Shown: piece by piece, positions 22,930 to 36,560 of the stretch
Layout of the letters: each line of letters opens with the position of its first letter
How positions within the stretch are numbered: the first letter of the stretch is position 1
Assembly: GCA_963745235.1 (NCBI GenBank)
Contig: CAVUXE010000073.1
Coordinates: 32,001-96,000 of the forward strand
DNA: 64,000 nucleotides
Direction of reading: 5' to 3'
From: an uncultured Spirochaetota bacterium
Lineage (GTDB): Bacteria > Spirochaetota > Spirochaetia > SZUA-6 > Fen-1364
Program-made: the position numbers and the translations under genes
Notes under the pieces: model-generated
The model's database searches: none
What the model saw: only the letters and a program-made list of their open reading frames with translations
What the model was told of the DNA's origin: nothing

Positions 22930-24831
22930 ATGAACAGCAGCGAGCTTGAAGCACTTCTTGGAGACATCCGCCGGGTTCGTATCGGAGTGATCGGGGACTT
23001 CTGCCTGGATGTCTATTGGGAGCTGGATTCTTCCCTGTCGGAGATGTCCATCGAGACAGGGCTTCCTACCCGGGCGGTCCGCCTCCAGCGCCATTCTCTC
23101 GGCGGGGCCGGCAACGTTGCGAACAACCTCGTTGCCATGGGCGTTGGAAAGGTCAGCGCTTTCGGCCTCCTTGGCGATGACCCCTTCGGCAGGGAGATGC
23201 TGCGGCTCCTCCAGTCCGCCTGCGTCGACACGCGCGGCGTCGTTGTCTCCACCCATGAATGGGCGACTCCCGTCTACATCAAGCCAATCGAAGCCGGCAC
23301 GGAACAGGGGAGGATAGACTTCGGCGGCGCGAACCAGATGGGTTCCGCAGCTGTCGCATCTCTTCTCGAGGCTCTCACGGCTGAGCTGCGGAACCTCGAC
23401 CTCGTCATCGTCAACCAGCAGCTTCCCCACGGCATCCACACGGAAGAGCTTCGCCGCGGTCTGTGCGCGCTCATCGGCCGGTCATCAGTGCCATTCATCG
23501 TCGACAGCCGGGCTTTCAGTGATTCCTTCGACGGCGCAATCCGCAAGCTGAACGACCGCGAGGCGCTGCGGCTGTGCGGCACGCAATGGAGCCAGGACGG
23601 GCAGGTCCCGCGCGAAACGGCAGCTGCCGCGGCCGGGGCCCTCTTCGACAGGTGGGGCAAGCCTGTCTTTGTCACCCGGGGGGCGCGTGGAATCCTCGGG
23701 CGGGATGAGAGAGGCCTCTTCGAAGTTCCCGGTCTCCAGATAATCGGAAGGGTCGACACGGTGGGGGCAGGGGACAGCGCCCTGGCCGGCATTTCTTCAG
23801 CTCTCGCCGCCGGGCGCCGGTGCGAGGAGGCGGCAATCCTCGGGAACTTCGCGGCCGGGGTCACTGTTCGGAAGCTTTTCATCACGGGAACGGCCTCGCC
23901 CCAGGAGATTCTCACCCTGGGCGCGGACCCCGACTATGTTCTGCGGCCAGAGCTCGCGGAAGAACCGCGCTCCGCGATTCGTCACGCGGAGACGGATATC
24001 GAGATCGTTTCAGGGTTGCCCCGGATTCCCGCTTTCACGCATGCCATCCTCGATTTCGACGGCACTATTTCCACGCTTCGAGAGGGATGGGAAAAGATCA
24101 TGGCGCCGGTCATGATCCGCAGCATCCTCGGTGAGGCATGGCAGGGCGCCGCCGCGGATGTCTTCCAGGGAGTCGCAGAAAGAGTTCGGGCCTATATCGA
24201 TGCAACCACCGGCGTTCAAACCATCGTCCAGATGCAGGGGCTCGTGGAGATGGTGCGGGAGCTCGGCTTCGTCCCGGCCTCGCACAGGAAGGACGCGCGC
24301 GGCTACAAGGCAGATTACGACAGGGAGCTGCAGGCGATGGTGGGCGCAAGGATTGCGCTCCTTCATCGGGGCGATCTGTCAATCGACGACTTCATGATCA
24401 AGGGCGCGCTGCAGCTCCTCGAGGCCCTGCGCAGGGCGGGGATGCAGCTTTTCCTCGCAAGCGGCACTGATGAAAACCACGTCGTGCGGGAGGCGGAAGT
24501 GCTGGGAGTGGCACGGTTCTTTGGCGGGCGCATCGTGGGCTCTATCGGAGATCCGAAAATAGAGGCGAAGAAGGTCGTCCTGCAGCGGATTGCGGACACG
24601 GTGGGAGCGGAGGCGTTGTCCACGCTTGTCACTTTTGGCGATGGCCCCGTTGAGATCCGGGAAACGAAAAAGCGCGGAGGATACGCCATTGGCGTGGCAA
24701 GCGACGAGCCCCGCCGGTTCGGCTGGAACCTGGCAAAGCGAAGTCGCCTGATCCGCGCAGGATCAGACCTGGCAGTGCCGGATTTCCTCCAGTGGAAACC
24801 GCTCCTCGAGCTGCTCGGCATCCGCGCATGA
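22930..24831 (+). CDS. Fusion of a PfkB/RfaE(HldE)-type sugar kinase and a HAD-family hydrolase
   Basis: N-terminal VIGDFCLDVYW, LGGAGNVANNL, DTVGAGDS; C-terminal HAD motif I LDFDGTISTLREGWE, LASGTD and FGDGPVEI. Confidence 0.82.
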   Translation: MNSSELEALLGDIRRVRIGVIGDFCLDVYWELDSSLSEMSIETGLPTRAVRLQRHSLGGAGNVANNLVAMGVGKVSAFGLLGDDPFGREMLRLLQSACVDTRGVVVSTHEWATPVYIKPIEAGTEQGRIDFGGANQMGSAAVASLLEALTAELRNLDLVIVNQQLPHGIHTEELRRGLCALIGRSSVPFIVDSRAFSDSFDGAIRKLNDREALRLCGTQWSQDGQVPRETAAAAAGALFDRWGKPVFVTRGARGILGRDERGLFEVPGLQIIGRVDTVGAGDSALAGISSALAAGRRCEEAAILGNFAAGVTVRKLFITGTASPQEILTLGADPDYVLRPELAEEPRSAIRHAETDIEIVSGLPRIPAFTHAILDFDGTISTLREGWEKIMAPVMIRSILGEAWQGAAADVFQGVAERVRAYIDATTGVQTIVQMQGLVEMVRELGFVPASHRKDARGYKADYDRELQAMVGARIALLHRGDLSIDDFMIKGALQLLEALRRAGMQLFLASGTDENHVVREAEVLGVARFFGGRIVGSIGDPKIEAKKVVLQRIADTVGAEALSTLVTFGDGPVEIRETKKRGGYAIGVASDEPRRFGWNLAKRSRLIRAGSDLAVPDFLQWKPLLELLGIRA

Positions 24832-25931
24832 GCTTTCCCTCGTTCGACCGATGGGCCATCAGGTTCAAGCCTCTCTCCCAAAGGCAGAACAAGGTGATCG
24901 TTCCGAGGGACCTTGTTCTGCCGCAGGCCGCCGGGCGGGAGCTGTCTGGGCAACCCGCTGAAACTCTTCGGGAGGCGGCGGCGCGGATCAGGGCTGCGCG
25001 CTCCGCGGGACGGCCCGTTGTGTGCGCGTTCGGGGCCCACGCAATCAAGAACGGCCTCGGACCCGTGCTCACCGAGTTGATGTCGCGGGGATGGCTTACC
25101 CACCTCGCCACCAACGGCGCCGGGATCATCCACGACTGGGAGATCGCCTTCCAGGGCAAGACGAGCGAAGACGTGCGCGCAAACGTGGCACAGGGCGAGT
25201 TCGGCATCTGGGAAGAGACGGGACGTTACATCAACCTTGGCCTGCTTGTCGGAGCCTATGAGGGCATGGGGTACGGCCAGTCCATTGGAGCGCTCATTGC
25301 AAACGAAGGACTCCAGGTCCCTGAGGTGGAGGAGCTGCGCCTCTTCGCCCAGGAGCTGCTGCGGGAGGACCCCGACCGGGCGGCGGCAGCCGCGGACCTT
25401 CTTGCAGTCCTCGAAGCAGCGGGAGTTCCCGCGGGGTTCCTGAAGGTCCCGCATCCGTTCCGCCGCTACAGCGCCCAGGCAGCGGCCCGGGAGCTCCATA
25501 TCCCGTTCACGGGCCATCCCAGCATTGGCAACGACATCATCTACACCCATCCGTGGAACAGCGGAGGAGCAATCGGCCGCGCGGGGACACGTGACTTCCT
25601 GATCTTTGCCGCCTCCGTGAGCGGGCTTGAGGGCGGGGTCTATCTCTCGGTGGGATCGGCCGTCATGTCGCCGATGATTTTCGAAAAGGCGCTCTCCATG
25701 GCTCAGAACATCGCGCTCCAGCGCGGAGAGCTCATCCGCAACCACTACATCCTCGTGGTGGACCTCGCGGAGGCGCCCTGGGACTGGCTGCGCGATGGTG
25801 AGCCCCCTGCCGACAACCCTGCCTACTACCTGCGCTATTGCAAGACTTTTGCCCGCATGGGCGGCACAATGCGCTACCTTCGCGCAGACAACCGTGACTT
25901 CTTTCTCGCTCTCCTGCGCGAGCTGCGCTGA
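24828..25931 (+). CDS. Conserved hypothetical protein with a deoxyhypusine-synthase-like fold
   Basis: GAHAIKNGLG, LATNGAGIIHDWE, TSEDV, FGIWEETG and VGSAVMSPMIFEKALS; ATGA overlap with the upstream gene. Confidence 0.65.
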   Translation: MSFPSFDRWAIRFKPLSQRQNKVIVPRDLVLPQAAGRELSGQPAETLREAAARIRAARSAGRPVVCAFGAHAIKNGLGPVLTELMSRGWLTHLATNGAGIIHDWEIAFQGKTSEDVRANVAQGEFGIWEETGRYINLGLLVGAYEGMGYGQSIGALIANEGLQVPEVEELRLFAQELLREDPDRAAAAADLLAVLEAAGVPAGFLKVPHPFRRYSAQAAARELHIPFTGHPSIGNDIIYTHPWNSGGAIGRAGTRDFLIFAASVSGLEGGVYLSVGSAVMSPMIFEKALSMAQNIALQRGELIRNHYILVVDLAEAPWDWLRDGEPPADNPAYYLRYCKTFARMGGTMRYLRADNRDFFLALLRELR

Positions 25932-26010
25932 CAGCGGCTGCGGGCGCCGGAACCTGATGTCGGCGCCTGACACCAGCGGCAATTGTCACACTTTGCGAAT
26001 TGCGATATGA

Positions 26011-29633
<3,623 letters not shown>

Positions 29634-29651
29634 GGACCTTCCGGCCAACGA

Positions 29652-31067
29652 ATGCAGACGTGGGAGTCCCTGGGCGCTCGAGCCATTCCCGACTGGTTTG
29701 ACGACGCGAAGCTGGGCGTCATGGTTTCCTGGGGACCCTACGCTGTGCCGGCCTGGGCGCCGTCCTCGGGAGACCATGCGAAGCTCGTGGCGGAGAACGG
29801 GTGGGAGCACAGCCTGGCCAACGACCCGCGCCCGGAGTGGTACGCGAACGGCATGCGCATTCCCGGCAGCCCCACGTGGGCGCATCACCGCTCAGCGTGG
29901 GGCAGGCTCGCCCGGTATGAATCCTTTGGACGGCTTTTTCGCCAGGGATTGAAAGCGTGGGAGCCGGCTCCTCTGGCAGACGCGCTTGCTGCCTCCGGGG
30001 CGCGGTATGTCATCGTTTCCGCCAAGCACCATGACGGATTCCTCCTGTGGCCCAGCAGGAAACGCAACCCGAAACGCCGCGAATGGCAGACCGTCATGGA
30101 CGTGGTCGGAACATTCGCTGAAACCACTCGGGAGAGGGGCATGCGGTTCGGGGTGTACTACTCGGGAGGCCTCGACTGGGCGTTTGGCGGCCTTCCCATC
30201 CGGAGCCTGGACGACCTGCTGGAGGCAATCCCGACCACCAGGACGTACGCGTCCTACGTGGATGCCCAGCTGCGCGAGCTGATCACGCGGTATCATCCGT
30301 CCATTCTCTGGAATGACGTGTGCAGCCCCGCCCGGGAAGACCTCCTGTCCCTTTTCGATTTCTATTACGATGCGGTCGAGGACGGACTGGTGAATGACAG
30401 GTTCGGGCAGTTCGATGCGGAGGAGAGCTCCGGCCTGGGTCGTCGCCTTTTCGAAACCCTCGAACGTGTGCTCCCCCTGGTGCGCAAACCTCTTTCCGTG
30501 CACGGTTCGGCCGCGCCGACTGCCCGTCACCTGGATTTCAAGACGACAGAGGACGAAGGCTCGCCCGCGGAGGATGAAGGGAAGTGGGAAAGAGTGCGGC
30601 CCATCGGCCTCCTGACGATCGAGGCGCTTGTGCATCTCCTCGTCGACACGGTGGCCCACGGCGGGAACCTGCTGCTCTGCGTCAGTCCGGGCGCCACCGG
30701 GATGGTTTCGGAGGACGTTGCCGGCCGGCTTCGCGGCCTCGGGGATTGGCTGAAGCACAACGGGGAAGCGATCTTTTCCTCCCGCAGCTGGGAGGTTACC
30801 GACGCCGTCACGGATGAGGGAGTCGACGTGCGCTACACCCGCAAGGGAATGACCGTCTATGCCATTCTCCTGGGGACCCCGGCCGGTCGTGCTTTCGTTC
30901 TCCCATCGTTGCGGCTCCTGCCCTACGCAAGCCTTCGCATCCTGGGGTCCATAGGCCACGCGGCCTGGTTTCAGGAAGGGAAGGACATCCAGGTGAGGCT
31001 CTCCGAGCCTCTTCGCGAATCTCCCGCCCATGTGATCAGCATCACTCCGGCTCCTCGGCTGACCTGA
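29652..31067 (+). CDS. GH29 alpha-L-fucosidase-like protein
   Basis: TWESL, PDWFDDAKLG, AKHHDGFLLWPS, GVYYSGGLDW, nucleophile LWND, VNDRF and GNLLL motifs. Confidence 0.85.
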   Translation: MQTWESLGARAIPDWFDDAKLGVMVSWGPYAVPAWAPSSGDHAKLVAENGWEHSLANDPRPEWYANGMRIPGSPTWAHHRSAWGRLARYESFGRLFRQGLKAWEPAPLADALAASGARYVIVSAKHHDGFLLWPSRKRNPKRREWQTVMDVVGTFAETTRERGMRFGVYYSGGLDWAFGGLPIRSLDDLLEAIPTTRTYASYVDAQLRELITRYHPSILWNDVCSPAREDLLSLFDFYYDAVEDGLVNDRFGQFDAEESSGLGRRLFETLERVLPLVRKPLSVHGSAAPTARHLDFKTTEDEGSPAEDEGKWERVRPIGLLTIEALVHLLVDTVAHGGNLLLCVSPGATGMVSEDVAGRLRGLGDWLKHNGEAIFSSRSWEVTDAVTDEGVDVRYTRKGMTVYAILLGTPAGRAFVLPSLRLLPYASLRILGSIGHAAWFQEGKDIQVRLSEPLRESPAHVISITPAPRLT

Positions 31068-31084
31068 TCAATTCTGGCCGTTCA

Positions 31085-32511
31085 TCAGAGACCCTGCAGC
31101 GTGTCGCCAAGCTCCGCGCAGCTGCGGGAAAAGACGTCGTACAGCTCCCCGTAGAGCTTCATCGTGTCCGGGTTCGGCATGTAGGTCTTCTGGAACCGGA
31201 CCATTGCCTCGCACGCGCCCGTCAGGCTGGCGTACTCCTCCATGCCGTAGAACCCGATGCACGCGTTCCCAACGAGGTCGGAGTCCTCCTGCTCAGGCAG
31301 AAGTACGTTCTTGCCCGTGATGTCCGCGCGGACCTGGCACCACAGGGGATGCCGGGCCTGCCCGCCGGAGACCCGCAGGTCCGTCACCGAGCAGCCGTTG
31401 CCCTCCATGGCGGCAATGATTGCGCGCACGGCAAACCCCGTGGACTCCACCACCGCTCGCATCATCTCCCGCCGCCCGTGCTCCAGCGTGAGCCCCAGGA
31501 ACGCACCCGTGAGCCGCTTGTCCCAGACCGGGAACCGCTCCGTCGTCAGGAAAGGGAGAAAGAGCAGCCTGCGGGCACCCGGCGCCGCGGCCTGCGCATC
31601 CTTCCACAGTGCCTCATAATCCGCCTTCCGCCGACAGAGAGTGCGCACCGCCCAGTCGAGGGCGGACCCGGAAGAGGAGATCATTGCCGACACGTTGTAC
31701 GCTCCGCGAATCACGTGCGGAAAGCACAGAAGCCGCCGGTCGTGCACGGGGACGGACCAGCAGAGGTTGATGCCTTCCGAGGTGCCCGCCCGGTCACAGG
31801 CGCGGCCAGCCGTAATGGCGCGCCGTCCCCAGGATGGACATGAGGTAGTCCGGCCCGCCCGCGATCACCGGAATCCCTGCGGGAATGCCGATGGCCTCCT
31901 GGGCTCGCTCGGACACGTCGCCCACGATCTCTCCCGGCTCCAGGTACGGCGGGAACTTCTCCGCATCCAGGTGCACCCTGGTTATCGCCTCGTCGTTCCA
32001 GAAGAACTCTTTGAAAAGCGCGGTGGGGATGATCCGGGAGGCGTTGCCGCACAGGAAGAAGCAGATGTATTCGGCGCACGCCAGGAAGTACCTCGTCTTT
32101 TCGTACATGTCGGGCTTGTGGCGCATGATCCAGAGCGCCTTGGGGAGGTAGAAGGACGCGTCAAGGGGCGTATCGCTGAACTCGGCAATCAGGTCCGCTT
32201 CTGCCTGGGCCCTGCGGTCCATCCAGGTCATGGCGAAGTCCAAGCGGCTCGCCCGCGGCGTCAACGGCAAGCAGCGTGGGCCCGTTTGCGCTCACCACTA
32301 CTCCCCGGATGCGTCCCTTCTCCCTCAGGCCGAGCTCCGCGGTTACGATTGCCAGCCCGGCCAGCCAGTCATCCGGATCTGATACGCGATACGCGGGGTC
32401 CCTGGCCTCCCGCAGGCGAACGGGGACCTGGGCCCTGCTCACCACTTTTCCGCTGGAAGTCACCACGGCTCCCTTGAGATAGGAAGTGCCGATGTCGTAG
32501 GCCAGCATCAT
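31085..32511 (-). CDS. FGGY-family carbohydrate kinase (xylulokinase-like); indels near 32242 and 31821
   Basis: AYDIGTSYLK, TWMDRRA, PKALWI, PVIAGGPD, GTSEG, LFLPFLTTERFP and VSGGQA motifs. Confidence 0.85.
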
Positions 32512-32571
32512 ATGGTCGGACTATAGCATGGCCGCACCAGCGAGGCACGCTGCCGCGCCATGCATGCCGCG

Positions 32572-32601
32572 CGACGCTTCCGCGCCCGACGCTTCCGCGC
32601 C
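32572..32601. repeat. Perfect 2 x 15 bp tandem repeat (CGACGCTTCCGCGCC) next to a -35 box
   Basis: Copies at 32572-32586 and 32587-32601, followed by c-TTGACT. Confidence 0.85.
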
Positions 32602-32602
32602 C

Positions 32603-32630
32603 TTGACTTTTTCAGTGGAAGGCCTAGAAT
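32603..32630 (+). promoter_or_regulatory. sigma70 promoter TTGACT-N16-TAGAAT for the riboswitch leader
   Basis: TTGACT at 32603-32608 and TAGAAT at 32625-32630, 10 nt before the riboswitch. Confidence 0.65.
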
Positions 32631-32640
32631 TCTTTCCAGC

Positions 32641-32779
32641 CTTTTCTTCGAGGCAGGGAGTATTTCCCGACCGGCGGTCATAGCCCGCAACCCCGGGAGC
32701 CAGAACCAAAACGGCGGCATCCCGGGAGGAAACGGTGGAATTCCGTTGCCGACAGTACAGTCTGGATGGGAGAAGGAAG
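32641..32779 (+). ncRNA. FMN riboswitch (RFN element), variant
   Basis: Hallmark blocks CTTCGAGGCAGGG..TTCCCGACCGGCGGT..AGCCCGC, variable P4 (CCCGGGA...TCCCGGG), GGTGGAATTCC and GCCGACAGTACAGTCTGGATGGGAGAAG; the P1 3' strand overlaps the SD. Confidence 0.93.
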
Positions 32780-32784
32780 GATGA

Positions 32785-34370
32785 ATGAGCCCGGACCTGA
32801 CTATTGAGGCATCAGGCCTCACGTTTGCGTTCAAGAACAAGCTTGTCATCGACTCGATCTCGTTTTCCGTGGCGCGGGAGGAGTTCGTCACGTTCCTGGG
32901 GCCCTCCGGCTGCGGCAAGACGACGCTCCTCAACCTGATCGCCGGCATTTACATGCCCCCGTCGGCGGGGCATTGTCGGTTGATTCGCGAAGCATCTCCT
33001 TTGTGTTTCAGAACGACACCCTGCTCCCGTGGCGCAACGCTCTCAGCAACGTCCTGCTCCCTTTCGAGGTGCGCGGAGAACCCATCACCCCGCACCTCCG
33101 CGAGAGAGGGGTGAAGATACTCGACCAGCTGGGCCTCTTCGGCAGCGAGACTGCCGCCCCGGCGGAGCTCTCCGGCGGGATGAAGAAGCGCGTCGAGCTG
33201 GCCCGGGCCCTCGTCACCGAGCCGGACCTGCTGATCCTGGACGAGCCGTTCTCATCCCTGGACATCATCACCCGGGAGAAGCTGAACATCCTGCTCCGCT
33301 CCATCCACCACACCATGCGGACCGCCGTCGTCATGGTGACGCACTCGGTGGAGGAAGCCTGCTACCTTTCGGACAAGATCTACGTCCTCTCCTCCCCGCC
33401 GGCGCAGATCATCAACGTCAGGGAGCTGGGAAAGAACGGGGACGCGTTGCCGGACCAGTACCTGCTCTCCGTCCCCGAGCGTGACGCCGCCCGCGAGATC
33501 CGCAAAGACGCCAAGGTGCTCTGGACCGCGCTGCAGGAGCCGCCCCGTGAAGCCGGGGAGAACGGCGCGGGTGAGACTCCCGGCAGGCCCGGGAAGGGAG
33601 GCGGCCTTACCGCTGCGCTTCGCAATCATCTCGGAGGCGCGCTCATCCCCGTGGAGCTGGTCGCGCTGTATTTCCTCCTGGTCTTCGTAAAGACCCGGCT
33701 GCGAATTCCAGACTATCTCCTGCCCCATCCCGCCGGGATCCTGTCGCGCTTCTTGACGACCCTGGTGAGGGGCACCATCCTTCCCGACCTCGGAGCGACG
33801 GTCTACGAGTCCCTTGCGGGCTTCCTCATAGCCTTCGTCCTCACGCTCGTGCTGGGCTACTGGATAGCAAAGTCGCGCCTGCTGTCCCGGCTCCTCATGC
33901 CGTACCTCATAGCCTTCAACACCATCCCCACCATCGCTCTTGCCCCGTTCCTGGTGCTGTGGTTCGGCTTCGGGTACACGCCGCGGATCGTCACTTCCGT
34001 GATCGTCATCTTCTTCCCCATGCTGATCACCAACATCTCGGCGACCCGCCTGGCGGAGAAGAGCATGAGCCAGCTCATCTCCTTCTTTCGACCGCGCAGG
34101 ATACGCCGCTTCGTGTACTTCGAGTTCCCCGCATCGCTGCCCATGGTCGCAAGCGGAGTGAAGGTCTCCATCACGCTTTCCGTCATCGGAGCCGTGGTGG
34201 GGGAGTTCGTCTCCGGGAGCGTCGGCCTGGGATCCCTGGTGAACGTGGCGAAGGGCAATTTCGACACGGAGCTGATGTTCGTCGGCCTCCTTTGGCTCGT
34301 GATCCTGGGGCTCGTGTACTACGGCCTGGCCACCCTTGTGCATCGCCTGGTGGCCGTGAGGCTCAAATAA
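32785..34370 (+). CDS. Fused ABC ATPase plus permease of NitT/TauT type (RibX-like putative flavin importer); indel near 32958-32972
   Basis: Walker [37 protein letters not shown], then in the same ORF TM helices with [15 protein letters not shown] and VIGAVVGEF. Confidence 0.82.
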
Positions 34371-34384
34371 GGACAGGAGGGAGA

Positions 34385-35348
34385 ATGCGCGTTCGAAGAA
34401 TTGCCGCCATCACGGCGCTGGTGCTGGGGATGGCGGTGCAGATCGGGAGCAGGGGCCGATGACAAACCCCTCCAGAAAGTCCGTCTTGCCATAGGCTACA
34501 TACCGCACGTGCAGTTCACGCCGCTCTACGTGGGGGTCGCCAAGGGCTTCTACCAGCAGGAGGGGATCGATCTCCAGCTCAATTTCGGCTTCGAGTACGA
34601 CGTCTTCTCGCTCCTTGCGGCCGGGAGGATCGACGTTGGCCTGACAGACTCGGACCAGCTCATCCTGGCAGGGGCGAAGGACATCGGCCTCCAGGCGATA
34701 TTCCAGTACTACCAGAAGTACCCCATCACGGTGGTTGCGCTTGCCGACAGGATACGCCAGCCCTCTGATCTCAGGGGAAAGAAGATCGGAACGCCGGATC
34801 TTTCCGGGGCCTCCTGGATCGGGCTGCAGATATTCCTGCACAGGTACGGGCTGGAGGGAGCGGTCCAGGTCGAAAAGATCGGCTACACGCAGGAGGCGAC
34901 TCTGCGCAGCGGGAAAGCGGATGCCGTGGTGTGCTTCTTCAACAACGAGCCCATCGTGTTTCGAGGTGAAAACGTTGCCATCAGGGAATGGGACGTGAAG
35001 GATATCTCCGACATGGTGAGCGCTTCGTTCATCAGCTCCCGGTCCATCATCGCCTCGCGAGCGGACGTGCTCGCCGCTTTTGTCAGGGCCACCCGCAAGG
35101 CCATGGCGTACACCGTGGATCATCGGGGTGAAGCGTTCCAGATTGCCGTCAAGGCGGTGGGGAACGTGCAGCCGGGCGACGAGGCGCTCTTTCGGGAGCG
35201 GCTCGACGCCACGTGCCAGCTGTTCGTCCATCCCAAGGGGTACGGGTACATCGACGTGGACAGGTACGCCAGATCCATTGCCGAGCTTGCGACACTGGGC
35301 CTCATCCCATCCGTCTATCCCGCGGAACGGATCGTGAAGGTCTTCTGA
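34385..35348 (+). CDS. ABC substrate-binding protein, NMT1/THI5 (RibY-like); +1 indel near 34447
   Basis: Signal peptide, GYIPHVQFTPLYV..KGFY, DLRGKKIGTP..GASWIG, IGYTQ and FFNNEP motifs; downstream of an FMN riboswitch. Confidence 0.82.
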
Positions 35349-36560
35349 TTGCCAACGCTCCCTCCCTCGATCTCTACCGGGGATCCCGGCTCCTACGCGC
35401 AGTACGCGGTGTCCGTGCGGCAGCCTCGTATTATCGAGCAGATCATCGAATGCAACCAGCCCGGGGAGGCAGCCCGGACTGCGCTGCTTGCTCTGGCTTG
35501 GGAGATCCGCGAGGGGCGCGTGACCAGCCCGCTGGGAAACGGCAGCGTGCCGCCATCGAGCATGAGCGCGCAGGAAAGGCGCACGTGGGAAGATGCCATT
35601 GGCGCCCAGGAGGGCCGGAGGTGGCTCGACCTTCCGTGGTACTTCGCAGAGTCCTTTTTCTACCTGAAGCTCCTGGCTGCCTTTGGTTATTACGCCGGGG
35701 CTGCCAGGGGCAAGGATCCGTTTTCTCCCCAGAAGGAACGCGAGCTCATGGATCCCGACGGAGGCCTCGCAATGGCCCGACGAGTTGTGGCGGAAGCGGA
35801 GGCCATGGGGGAGGAGGAGGGCCTTGCGTTTGCCCTTCACAGCGCGCTCTGGGGCAACAGGCTGGACCTCAGCACTTTCGAGGTGGACGAGTCACGACGC
35901 AAGAGCGTCCTCAATCGTGACGGCGACTCGCTTCTGGTTGATCACACGGCGCGGGCAGTTGCCGCTCTTACCCGGGCTAACCGGGTCCAGGTGCTCCTGG
36001 ACAACTCCGGGCCCGAGCTCGTCTGCGACCTTCTCCTGGCGGACCGGCTCCTCGCGAGGTCACCATCCGTCACCTTGCATGCAAAGAAGGCGCCGTTCTT
36101 CGTCTCCGACGCCACGGTGAGCGATACCCTTGGGACCATTGATGCGCTCGCCGGGGACACAGACCGGCGTGTATCAGCGGCCGGAGCGCGACTCCATGGC
36201 GCCCTGCGCTCGGGGCATCTGCGCGTGCTGGATCACTGGTTCTGGAACAGCGCTTCGCATTTCACGGCTTTCCCGGAAGACATCAGGACGGACCTGGTCC
36301 GAAGCGACATCGTGGTGGTGAAAGGGGACGCGAACTACCGACGGACGCTGGAAGACAGAAAGTGGGATACCTCGCTTTCCCTCGATGACCTGGCATCCTA
36401 TTTTCCAGCGCCGTTCCTGGTGCTTCGAACGATGAAGAGCGAGCTCGTGGTGGATGTGCCCGCTGAGGAAGCCCGGCGGCTCTCCCGCGTTGACCCCAGC
36501 TGGATGATCAATGGCAAGCGCGGGATCATCAGGCACGTAAGCCCGCGGGTTTCTTCCTAG
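35349..36560 (+). CDS. DUF89/ARMT1-like damage-control phosphatase
   Basis: PWYFAESFFY, DPFSPQK, LWGNRLDLS, LDNSGPELVCDL, PFFVSDAT, KGDANYRR and LRTMKSE; TTG start directly follows the upstream TGA. Confidence 0.88.
   Translation: MPTLPPSISTGDPGSYAQYAVSVRQPRIIEQIIECNQPGEAARTALLALAWEIREGRVTSPLGNGSVPPSSMSAQERRTWEDAIGAQEGRRWLDLPWYFAESFFYLKLLAAFGYYAGAARGKDPFSPQKERELMDPDGGLAMARRVVAEAEAMGEEEGLAFALHSALWGNRLDLSTFEVDESRRKSVLNRDGDSLLVDHTARAVAALTRANRVQVLLDNSGPELVCDLLLADRLLARSPSVTLHAKKAPFFVSDATVSDTLGTIDALAGDTDRRVSAAGARLHGALRSGHLRVLDHWFWNSASHFTAFPEDIRTDLVRSDIVVVKGDANYRRTLEDRKWDTSLSLDDLASYFPAPFLVLRTMKSELVVDVPAEEARRLSRVDPSWMINGKRGIIRHVSPRVSS

Noticed and set aside
32641-32779. TPP riboswitch, suggested by the NMT1/THI5-like binding protein
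   Set aside because: No CTGAGA or TPP core; the sequence matches RFN (FMN) blocks instead.
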